A stretch of DNA of 32,000 bases from Opitutales bacterium (GTDB lineage Bacteria; Verrucomicrobiota; Verrucomicrobiia; Opitutales; PNEW01), in NCBI GenBank assembly GCA_965219535.1, contig CBDCNV010000001.1, positions 990,001 to 1,022,000 of the forward strand, written 5' to 3'. Shown here one piece after another: positions 1 through 7,962 of this stretch. The notes under the pieces are model-generated. The model was not told the origin of the DNA, made no database searches, and saw nothing but the letters and a program-made list of their open reading frames with translations. The position numbers and the translations under genes were made by a program. Every line of letters begins with the position of its first letter. Position 1 is the first letter of the stretch.

Positions 1-111
1 TCTGACCCTTATGACGAGCGCTGGATAGGAACCAACCCAGTGGGCCATGGAGCGGGTGGCAAGCGGGGATTAATATGCTGATATTCAGTTTAAGTTTTAT
101 CGTCGGTATAC

Positions 112-1395
112 TTGAGTTCAATTAAGTTGAACAACTATCTTATATTACTATCTCTCGCGTATTTTTGTCGGCTGGCACTCGATGTTTACGGGGAGCGATT
201 GACATCACTGGGGCAAACTCCGGACTGGTCTCAATTGGAGGGGTATCAGGAAACTATTACCGGAGTCAGATTTAAACGTCTGCTCGATGAAGTCTATGCA
301 CCCGACAAAGCCTATGCCGATACGATTACACTCAATAATAATCACGCACGTATAAATACCCGTAATGGTGATCCCAATTCTATTTTTCTGCTTCGCTTTG
401 CCAGCGATGAAAGTTCTCTACGTGTAGGTCCAGCTAACTACTGGCGCCGGCGGACTTCATTACCAAAAGCATCCGAGGAAAAACCACTCGATAATTTAAA
501 GATCGTCCTTGATCCAGGGCATATCGGCGGCGAATTTGCCATTATGGAGAATCGCTCCTTTAAAATTGGTGAGAGTAAACCAGTACGAGAGGGCGATCTT
601 ACATTAATCATCGCGAAAAGATTAAAAGTCAGGCTGGAAGAACTGGGAGCAAAAGTTTGGTTAAGCCGAGAGACAACCGCGCCCACGACGGAAGAGACGC
701 CTTCAAGTTTAAAAATAATTGCCGAGAGACTTCTCCTGGAAAAGGGGGACAACCCATCTATGCTTTTAACGCTTAATAAAATAGACGCAAAAGAAGTACA
801 GCGTTTAAGCGAGTTGCTTTTTTATCGCGTGAGTGAAATACGTACCCGCGCCAATCGTATCAATGATCATTTTCAACCGGATATCGTCATTGCCCTTCAT
901 TTCAATGCTGCTCCCTGGCCGGATAAAGATAAAAAGACACTCGTGGATATAAACCACCTGCATGTTCTGATTAATGGCGCATACAGTACGGATGAATTAA
1001 CCTATGATGATATTCGGTTTCAAATGTTAAATAAGCTGCTTAGTGGAGCGGCAAAAGAGGAAATGGCTTTAGCACGCGTTATCATTTTGGCAATGGCTGA
1101 TAAAACAACACTCCCCGCGTATCGCTATCCGGGGAGAAACGCGGTGAGGGTTGACGATAATCCCTATGTTTGGGCCCGCAACCTGATTGCCAATCGGCTT
1201 TACCAATGTCCTGTTATTTTTCTTGAACCTTATGTGATGAATAGCAGGGAAGTATTCACACGCATTCAAGTGGGTGATTATGAAGGAGAGCGTTTCGTTG
1301 CCGGATCTAAAAGAATTAGTATTTTTCAAGAATACATCGAAGGGGTAATTACCGGCATGCTAAAGTATTACACCAAACGAGATGATCCCGATTGA
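112..1395 (+). CDS. N-acetylmuramoyl-L-alanine amidase family protein (Amidase_3-type cell-wall hydrolase)
   Basis: 427-aa ORF. The motifs LDPGHIGG and ALHFNA resemble the metal-ligand motifs of Amidase_3 domains. Hydrophobic N-terminus. The track start is TTG, so the true start is uncertain. Confidence 0.7.
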   Translation: MSSIKLNNYLILLSLAYFCRLALDVYGERLTSLGQTPDWSQLEGYQETITGVRFKRLLDEVYAPDKAYADTITLNNNHARINTRNGDPNSIFLLRFASDESSLRVGPANYWRRRTSLPKASEEKPLDNLKIVLDPGHIGGEFAIMENRSFKIGESKPVREGDLTLIIAKRLKVRLEELGAKVWLSRETTAPTTEETPSSLKIIAERLLLEKGDNPSMLLTLNKIDAKEVQRLSELLFYRVSEIRTRANRINDHFQPDIVIALHFNAAPWPDKDKKTLVDINHLHVLINGAYSTDELTYDDIRFQMLNKLLSGAAKEEMALARVIILAMADKTTLPAYRYPGRNAVRVDDNPYVWARNLIANRLYQCPVIFLEPYVMNSREVFTRIQVGDYEGERFVAGSKRISIFQEYIEGVITGMLKYYTKRDDPD

Positions 1396-1400
1396 TGAAT

Positions 1401-1423
1401 AACGCTGTGTGGAGCAGAGCGTT
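1401..1423. terminator. Short stem-loop between convergent amidase and uppP genes (candidate bidirectional terminator)
   Basis: AACGCTgTG-tggag-CAgAGCGTT: a 6+2 bp stem with one mismatch and a 5-nt loop. It fills the 26-nt gap between the convergent stops and overlaps the uppP stop codon. Confidence 0.4.
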
Positions 1424-2456
1424 AAGCGACCAGAATCAGGAAGAGTAATGCCAGACCTATTCGATAGTAAGCGAAAAGGCTCAACCCGTGTTTTGTCAGG
1501 TAATTGACGAGCCATTTAACCGCAATCGCCGCAGAGACAGCCGCGACGACACAACCGAATAAAATCGGAGCCCACCCAAAAGCTTCAAAGAGTAGGGGTC
1601 CGTTTCTAACTCCTTTGTAAAGTGCGGCCACAGTTAAGGTGGGCAGACCGAGGAGAAAACTGAACTCTGCCGCACGCCGCGGGCTCAGGCCGACACAATA
1701 GCCACCGACGATAGTCATCATGGATCGACTTGTTCCCGGCCACATCGCTACACATTGCATTAAACCGATAAGTAAAGCATTGCCCGGAGTTAACTCGTGA
1801 AGATCAGGTCCACCATCGTAATTGGGGTAATGTTTATTGCGCCAATATTCTACACCAAGCATGAGCACGGCACCGGCGATGAGCGCACAGATAACGGGCC
1901 AGTGATTAAAAAGATAGTTATCAATCCATTTTTCCAGAGCTAGTCCAATAATTGCTGCGGGGATAAATGCTATGAGCAGGTTTCGGCCGAGGTATAATCC
2001 TTCACGACTTTTCCCAAATAGTCCTTGTACGATTGAACATATTTTGGACCAATAGAGAATCAATACCGCGGCTATAGCTCCCGCTTGTATAATCACGGTG
2101 TAAGCATCTACAGCAGATTTAAGGGTGAAAGCTTCACCCTCAGGAAAATTGTCAGAGGGTGGTCCTTTGATGAGGGCGGTGCCCGCTCGATTGTTGAGCG
2201 GTTGTTCCCGGTTAAGACCTAGTAACTGATTGGTGATTATAAGATGACCTGTTGATGAGATAGGTAAAAATTCGGTTATCCCCTCGACCAATCCCAAGAC
2301 TAAAGCCTCTCGATAGCTCAAGGTATGTGTATCTGATCTAATTTCATTTTCTCCACTATCATCGGTCATACCGGATGACGGTAATTGTGCTTTTGCAAGA
2401 GGCACGAAAGCCAAACTAACGATCAAAACAATTATTGCTTGGTGTAATAATCTCAC
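1422..2456 (-). CDS. uppP: Undecaprenyl-diphosphate phosphatase (UppP/BacA), long form
   Basis: VEGITEFLPISSTGHL and WPGTSRS..T..GG....SPRRAAEFSFLL match the two hallmark BacA/UppP motifs. At 344 aa it is longer than the ~270 aa typical for the family, due to an N-terminal signal-like extension and a ~30-aa insertion after the first motif. GTG start. Confidence 0.9.
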   Translation of the reverse strand: MRLLHQAIIVLIVSLAFVPLAKAQLPSSGMTDDSGENEIRSDTHTLSYREALVLGLVEGITEFLPISSTGHLIITNQLLGLNREQPLNNRAGTALIKGPPSDNFPEGEAFTLKSAVDAYTVIIQAGAIAAVLILYWSKICSIVQGLFGKSREGLYLGRNLLIAFIPAAIIGLALEKWIDNYLFNHWPVICALIAGAVLMLGVEYWRNKHYPNYDGGPDLHELTPGNALLIGLMQCVAMWPGTSRSMMTIVGGYCVGLSPRRAAEFSFLLGLPTLTVAALYKGVRNGPLLFEAFGWAPILFGCVVAAVSAAIAVKWLVNYLTKHGLSLFAYYRIGLALLFLILVA

Positions 2457-2507
2457 AATACCGTCTCTTTTTTAGCTCCCATAATAAAACATAGTGTCAC
2501 TTTCACG

Positions 2508-2645
2508 AGGGAAGTAACGATTTATTTTAAGAGAGTTAAGATTAAATTTTATTTTGGGCGGGAAAACTAATAAAATACCTCGACAAATCATTCCTACCGA
2601 AACCTGGTACCTATTCTCGGCCTAAGTCCTACAACAATCGTATGC
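2508..2645. repeat. Possible weaker member of the G-rich-arm / C-rich-arm intergenic element class
   Basis: A C-poor stretch (gagggaagtaacgatttattttaagagagttaagattaaattttattttgggcggg...) is followed by a G-poor stretch (acctcgacaaatcattcctaccgaaacc...ctaagtcctacaacaatcg). It lies downstream of the BNR gene stop. Periodicity is much less clear than in the other elements. Confidence 0.25.
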
Positions 2646-2685
2646 AAAGCCCTGATTCATTGAACGATAAAAATTGAATCTGTTA

Positions 2686-4323
2686 TCACGCAATATCTTC
2701 AGGATTGAGATAGACTCCAACGATATGGCTTTGTCCAGGTATGTCGCCGCAATTAGTGTAATCGATGAAAATGATCCGACCATCGGGCAGTGTGAGCCAG
2801 GAGGAGTAGCCGTGATCGGGGTGAGGCTTTTGATCGGGGTGATTTCCGTGTATTTGTACCAGCCGGTTACGTTGGTACTGATCGGGATAGTCACCGGATG
2901 AAGCAGACCAGTTCCAGGACCAGTCTTCGAGTGTTCTGTTTTTGGAGGAGAATGAGACTGTTCTCCAGGAGCTCTTGCCTGAATCGGACCATTGTCCAAA
3001 CATGGTGCGCATGTCGGGGCGAGCAGTTTGGAAGTCTGAAATGTTTGTTTCTCCACGGAAAACATTGCGATAGATGAGGTCTTCGCCGTCCAGTTGTATG
3101 CGTAGCAGTCCATCATTGTGTCGCATGGCGACTTTTCTAGGACGGGAGAAGTCGGCTTTTTTGTGTAGGTCGGTGCGCTGGGCTTCGCCGAGCGAAATGA
3201 AGTCGGAACCGATAGTGAGAAGGGCGCCCACGCTTCCGCAGGACATAAATGAGATCGGTTTGCCAGGTGGGCCTTCAACTTTTATTTCGGCTTCGAAGTC
3301 AACGGTGCTGAAACGATTCTGAGGGGGCAGGAGGCTGTATCGGCATTCGTGCTCGGGTTTGTTTTCGATGATCAGCGAGCCATCTTTCAGCATTGCATTG
3401 TATTTTCTGCGGGGGCCTCCGATTGCATAGGTGCCCGCTTCCTGTTTCAGGTCGCCGATCCAGGCGTAGCAGCCCAGGCCCCCATTTACGTGGCGACCGG
3501 TGACCATACACCGTCCGTCGGCAAGTTGCTTCGCATAAGGACGGTGGAGCGCGAAGGGGCACATTTTTGGATCACTCCAGGTCTTGCCGTTGTCCTGTGA
3601 AAAGATGACAAAGCTGGGAATGCCGCCCGATTGATTTTCTCGCATAACACAGGCCAGTTCTTTGCCTCCATTGAGGATCACGAGAGCGCCTTCACAAAAG
3701 CGATGATAGCCGTCGTGTGCGACGATGACTTGATTGCCCCAGGTTCTACCACCGTCGCTGGAGGTGGTCATGATTTCGGCGAATTCCTGACTTTCGCGCA
3801 ACATGATATGCGAGCAAACGGCAAGGCGTCCACCTGGTAAATCCATCATGCGGTCGGGTTCAAATCCCATGATATTGGGTTTGTGTGGGCCGTCCCAGGT
3901 ATTGCCTTCGTCTGTGCTCCACCAGATCCAGTTGCCAGGCGGCTGGTCTTCATGAAAGTGGCTGTAATCGTCGTGGTCACAGATGACAGCGATTCTATTG
4001 TCGCTGAGCAGACTGATTCGCGGTGTGACCAGACGTTCGTCTCCTTTACTGCGGTCGGCGGTTGCTACTTCATTCAATTTGTCCCAGCTTCGACCATCAT
4101 CGTCACTATACAGGATTGTGAGGATTTGTGTTGTTTCTCCCCAGTGGGCTTCGGTGTCGGAGTAGACGAGGAGGAGTCGCCCGGATGCGAGGCGGATGAT
4201 ATCGGGATTTTTTGTAAATCGGTTTGGACTTCGCCAGGCGTCGAAAACTTTGTGGGCTACAGATCGGGGAGGGATGTACATAGAGTTACTGTAATTTTGT
4301 AAAGCGGTGTATTCGAGCGTCAA
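2686..4323 (-). CDS. BNR/Asp-box repeat beta-propeller protein (sialidase-superfamily glycoside-hydrolase-like)
   Basis: Four S-x-D-x-G-x-(T/S)-W Asp-boxes: SDDDGRSW, STDEGNTW, SSDGGRTW, SQDNGKTW. No signal peptide. The track start is TTG at 4323; an in-frame ATG at 4281 (MYIPPRS) is an alternative. Confidence 0.7.
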   Translation of the reverse strand: MTLEYTALQNYSNSMYIPPRSVAHKVFDAWRSPNRFTKNPDIIRLASGRLLLVYSDTEAHWGETTQILTILYSDDDGRSWDKLNEVATADRSKGDERLVTPRISLLSDNRIAVICDHDDYSHFHEDQPPGNWIWWSTDEGNTWDGPHKPNIMGFEPDRMMDLPGGRLAVCSHIMLRESQEFAEIMTTSSDGGRTWGNQVIVAHDGYHRFCEGALVILNGGKELACVMRENQSGGIPSFVIFSQDNGKTWSDPKMCPFALHRPYAKQLADGRCMVTGRHVNGGLGCYAWIGDLKQEAGTYAIGGPRRKYNAMLKDGSLIIENKPEHECRYSLLPPQNRFSTVDFEAEIKVEGPPGKPISFMSCGSVGALLTIGSDFISLGEAQRTDLHKKADFSRPRKVAMRHNDGLLRIQLDGEDLIYRNVFRGETNISDFQTARPDMRTMFGQWSDSGKSSWRTVSFSSKNRTLEDWSWNWSASSGDYPDQYQRNRLVQIHGNHPDQKPHPDHGYSSWLTLPDGRIIFIDYTNCGDIPGQSHIVGVYLNPEDIA

Positions 4324-4460
4324 TACGGTATTTTTATCGAAGGTTTCATACCTACAATAGGAAGGTACTATGGCACCTGAAGAATTATATCGATAATTAA
4401 TTCAGTAGTGATTTTATCTTGTGGTATTTCAAGGAAGCGTTACCACACGAAAAGATAATA

Positions 4461-5516
4461 ATGACGATGTTGGTATTAGATGCATTAACGATACAACTTA
4501 AGAAAGGAGCTGACTTAGACAACGCTCAGTCTGAAGAAGCGGCTAAATCACTGGCTTCAGCTGATATCTCCGCTGAATCAAAAGAGGTTTTTTTAATCGC
4601 TTTGGCGGAAAAAGGAGAGACGGCCACTGAAGTTACAGGTTTCGCGAATGTCTACCGCAATCTTGCCAGGGATCCAGGTGTGTCTGAATATGCAGAAAGG
4701 GCCATTGATATCGTAGGGACGGGAGGTGATCATGCAGGCAGTTTCAATATTTCAACGACAGTATCTTTTATTCTGGCCGCTGCGGGAGTGAAAGTTTTGA
4801 AGCATGGAAGCCGTGCAATTACTTCAAAGAGCGGAAGCGCTGATTTCCTTGAAACTGTCGGCATCGATCTTGAAGCCGATATCAATAAAATCCAACGATC
4901 ACTTGAGAAGCTGAATTTTTGTTTCTTTTTCGCGCCAGCGTTTCATCCCGCTTTTAAAGAGATTGGGCCCGTGCGAAAGGCGCTCGCGTCTAAAGGACAG
5001 CGCAGTATATTTAATATCATCGGTCCGCTTATTAATCCTGGCCGGCCAGCTTATCAATTGTTGGGTGTTTTTGCTGAAAGCTGGGTCGAAACGCTTGCAA
5101 CTGCATTGCAAACTCTGGGGTTGAAGCGTGGCCTAGTCGTCCACTCAATATTAACTGAGGGTAAGGTGATGGACGAACTGACTTGTGCGGGAGAAAATCG
5201 TGTTGCCGGTGTGGGTGAATTGAGCCAAACGAATGCGGTGTGGAATCCGGGGGATTTTGGTTTAGATGAATGTGAGTTTTCAGATCTGGCGGGAGGGTCG
5301 ACTGAGGAGAATCTTGAACTCCTGAATGCGATACTCGATGGGGGAGGCCGACAGGGTCTGATAAACACACTGTCATGGAACGCCGGTACTGCATTGTGGA
5401 TAGCGGGTGTGGCAAAGGACCCGCGGGAGGGAATTGAACAGGCGAAGATACTCCTCCTCGACGGGGCGGTTAAAGACTGGTTGAACCGAGCGCGGGATTT
5501 TTACGCATCGACATGA
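4461..5516 (+). CDS. trpD: Anthranilate phosphoribosyltransferase
   Basis: GTGGDHAGSFNISTT, KHGSRAITSKSGSADFLE and NIIGPLINP match TrpD glycosyl-transferase family 3 motifs. The track ORF begins at 4419 (TTG); the first ATG, at 4461, is preferred. The stop overlaps the glmM start (ATGA at 5513-5516). Confidence 0.8.
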   Translation: MTMLVLDALTIQLKKGADLDNAQSEEAAKSLASADISAESKEVFLIALAEKGETATEVTGFANVYRNLARDPGVSEYAERAIDIVGTGGDHAGSFNISTTVSFILAAAGVKVLKHGSRAITSKSGSADFLETVGIDLEADINKIQRSLEKLNFCFFFAPAFHPAFKEIGPVRKALASKGQRSIFNIIGPLINPGRPAYQLLGVFAESWVETLATALQTLGLKRGLVVHSILTEGKVMDELTCAGENRVAGVGELSQTNAVWNPGDFGLDECEFSDLAGGSTEENLELLNAILDGGGRQGLINTLSWNAGTALWIAGVAKDPREGIEQAKILLLDGAVKDWLNRARDFYAST

Positions 5517-6871
5517 ACCTGAAATATTTTGGAACGGATGGCATCCGCGGAGAGTTTGGAGGACCTTTAATTAATTCCGATCTGTTCCGTCGATTGGGTT
5601 GCGCGCTTGGACTGTACCTTAACGAAACTAGAGGTTATAAGGGCCATGTTGTTGCGATTGCGCGTGATACCAGGGCTTCAGGTGAGGAGCTGGAGATAGC
5701 TTTTTGTAATGGATTATCTGCCCACAGCGTTCGCATTGAAGCGCTGGGTGTTATTCCCACACCCGCTCTTTCCATGGCGATCTGTAAGCTTCAGGCTGAC
5801 ATGGGTGTGGTTATCACGGCTTCACATAATCCATCGATTGACAATGGAATAAAGCTGATGACCGCTGATGGTCGTAAACTCGATGAGGGTGGGGAAAGCC
5901 GAATAGAGCAACTGCTTGATGAAAATTTAGAAATACCCGTGAATGCGAAAATAGATCATTCAACCAGCTTTAATGGAGAACGTTCATATATAAACTACGC
6001 TCAATCACTGTTGCCTGAAGCTTGTTTAAAGAGCTGGAAAATTGTAGTCGATGCTGCAAATGGTTCCGCCTATAAAACCACTCCTTCTGCTCTTACCTAT
6101 TTAGGTGCAGAAGTCATTTCGATAGGAAATGTACCCGATGGTATAAATATCAATGTCGGCTGTGGCAGTGAACATCCCGAGACTTTATCAAAAGCTGTAA
6201 GGGAGGAAAAAGCGAGAATGGGTATCGCTCACGATGGAGATGCAGACCGCCTGGTCCTCTGTGATGAAAACGGTGACATCGTCGATGGAGATGAATTGCT
6301 GGCGATTTTAGGAATACACGCCTTACGGAAAGGAGAATTGTCGGATAATGCAATTGTTATCACCGTAATGAGCAATCTTGGCCTTGATCGAGCAATTGAG
6401 ACTGTAGGGGGAAAAATAATACGTGTATCAGTTGGTGATCGCAATGTGGTAGATAAGATGGTCGAAGGAGGATACAGTTTAGGGGGTGAGTCGTCCGGGC
6501 ATTTAATATTTCGTGATCATTCTTTGGTCGGTGATGGTTTAATTGCAGCGATAAAGGTTATTGAAGTTATGCTTCAGTGTAATGAGCCGCTTTCCCGTCT
6601 TCGACGTTGTATACAGTACTTCCCTCAGGTCCGGTGTGACCTTATTGTTCAAGAGAAAATACCTTTAAAGAATAAACCGCAATTAATGGATAGGATAGCT
6701 GAGCTTGAAGAATCGCTGTCCGGGGCCTCGAGGTTACTTGTTCGTTATTCTGGGACAGAATCTAAAATTCGTCTTCTTGTTGAAGGCGAAGATGCGGAGG
6801 AAGTAAATCATTGCCTCGAAAATCTTAAAGATGCAGTTGTGACCCATCTCAATGTTATCGACTGTCAATAA
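5513..6871 (+). CDS. glmM: Phosphoglucosamine mutase
   Basis: YFGTDGIRG N-terminus, active-site TASHNPSIDNGIK, Mg-binding HDGDADR, and GGESSGH sugar-binding loop. The 452-aa length is typical. Confidence 0.92.
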   Translation: MNLKYFGTDGIRGEFGGPLINSDLFRRLGCALGLYLNETRGYKGHVVAIARDTRASGEELEIAFCNGLSAHSVRIEALGVIPTPALSMAICKLQADMGVVITASHNPSIDNGIKLMTADGRKLDEGGESRIEQLLDENLEIPVNAKIDHSTSFNGERSYINYAQSLLPEACLKSWKIVVDAANGSAYKTTPSALTYLGAEVISIGNVPDGININVGCGSEHPETLSKAVREEKARMGIAHDGDADRLVLCDENGDIVDGDELLAILGIHALRKGELSDNAIVITVMSNLGLDRAIETVGGKIIRVSVGDRNVVDKMVEGGYSLGGESSGHLIFRDHSLVGDGLIAAIKVIEVMLQCNEPLSRLRRCIQYFPQVRCDLIVQEKIPLKNKPQLMDRIAELEESLSGASRLLVRYSGTESKIRLLVEGEDAEEVNHCLENLKDAVVTHLNVIDCQ

Positions 6872-6918
6872 GAAAATCAGCGCTTAATGACTTAAAGAAA
6901 GATTCCGATATATAATTA

Positions 6919-7551
6919 ATGTCGGAAATAAATCTCAGTAGCTTTGATCCTCGCTACGGGAAGCATATCGATAAAGCTGTTAATGCAATCGAAAATGGGA
7001 ATCCCACCTACGCGATAGATGTATGTTCTTCTTTTTTGCATAAGCATCCGGAATGTCTCGAGGTGAGAAAAATTTTGCGGATGGCCCAAGATCGTCTTTC
7101 TGAAAGCAGGTGTGGTATTATTCCCAAGATTAATTCCACATTTTTTTCTGTGATTAATAGATTGAGAGGGTGGTTGTTGCTTAAACACCCGGAAAAAGCG
7201 ATGCCCCTGGTGGAAGAAATACTCACATCTAATCCGCATGATATTATTGCACACCGATTTCTCGCTCGGGCAGCACTGAGTATGGAACTCTTTGAAACAG
7301 CCATCTTCGCCTACGAGTCTATTAGCGCTCAGATACCGGATGATAAACGTAATTTACTGGATCTGGGCAATTCGTATTTTATGGGTAAACATTACGAGAA
7401 AGCGTTAAGTTGCGGAACACAGTTGCTGAATATGAACCCCTCAGACAGAGATGCGAAATCACTGGTTAAACGGGCCTCGGTCGCTCATTCCATTGAAAAA
7501 GGCGGTTGGGAAAATGACACAAGTATTCGCGCTAAGCTAAAAGGAAAGTAG
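6919..7551 (+). CDS. Tetratricopeptide-repeat (TPR)-like protein, function unknown
   Basis: 210-aa ORF with helical repeat-like segments (e.g. LLDLGNSYFMGKHYEKALSCGTQLLNMNPSDRDA). No specific family recognised. Confidence 0.5.
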   Translation: MSEINLSSFDPRYGKHIDKAVNAIENGNPTYAIDVCSSFLHKHPECLEVRKILRMAQDRLSESRCGIIPKINSTFFSVINRLRGWLLLKHPEKAMPLVEEILTSNPHDIIAHRFLARAALSMELFETAIFAYESISAQIPDDKRNLLDLGNSYFMGKHYEKALSCGTQLLNMNPSDRDAKSLVKRASVAHSIEKGGWENDTSIRAKLKGK

Positions 7552-7562
7552 CATTGCGTTTA

Positions 7563-7691
7563 AGCGAGTATGCGAGTATGCGATAATGAGGATAAGAGAA
7601 GATATATAATTCAGTATGGATAGACAGTAATCAGTAATCGGCACAAAGACAAAGAAAAGAACATGTAGCATGTTCTACATATTTCTATTGT
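7563..7691. repeat. Phased short-word tandem array ending in an 18-bp interrupted hairpin
   Basis: 8-nt words in one phase from 7563: GCGAGTAT, GCGAGTAT, GCGATAAT, GAGGATAA, GAGAAGAT. CAGTAAT x2 at 7624-7637 and ACAAAG x2 at 7642-7653. Perfect hairpin AGAACATG-tag-CATGTTCT at 7657-7675, extendable with bulges by AGAAA/TTTCT and GACAA/TTGTC. Confidence 0.6.
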
Positions 7692-7962
7692 CATTGCGAG
7701 AGAGGCTATCAGCCGACCGCGGCAATCCAGGCGAATGTCTGTTTCGTAATGTAGGCGCTTGGATGTCAGGTTTTACTCTCAACCGGACGATTTCGATTGG
7801 CGAGATGTCCATCCGTCGCCCAAGGCAATGGATGACAGGCAAGCAGGTTTCATCCTCTGTACGATTCGTGAATCTGATACCCTATACCTCAATCCGTGTG
7901 ATCCGCGGTTAATATTTTTTGAAAAGAATCGATTGTCGAGTGCTGACTATTACGAATTAAAA

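Noticed and set aside
1-81. Open reading frame running in from the left window edge (SDPYDERWIGTNPVGHGAGGKRGLIC*).
   Set aside because: Only 26 codons are visible and there is no recognisable motif. It cannot be distinguished from non-coding sequence, so it is not reported as a feature.
2622-4302. Multiple track ORFs on both strands inside the BNR gene (2622..3278-, 2674..2901+, 3074..3322+, 3299..3562-, 3349..3600+, 3486..3671-, 3631..3840+, 3883..4302+, 3983..4165+).
   Set aside because: All are nested in or antisense to a 545-aa ORF with four canonical Asp-boxes. Their translations are low-complexity (Ser/Pro/Arg-rich), typical of shadow frames. The same reasoning applies to the short antisense ORFs inside every other large gene in the track.
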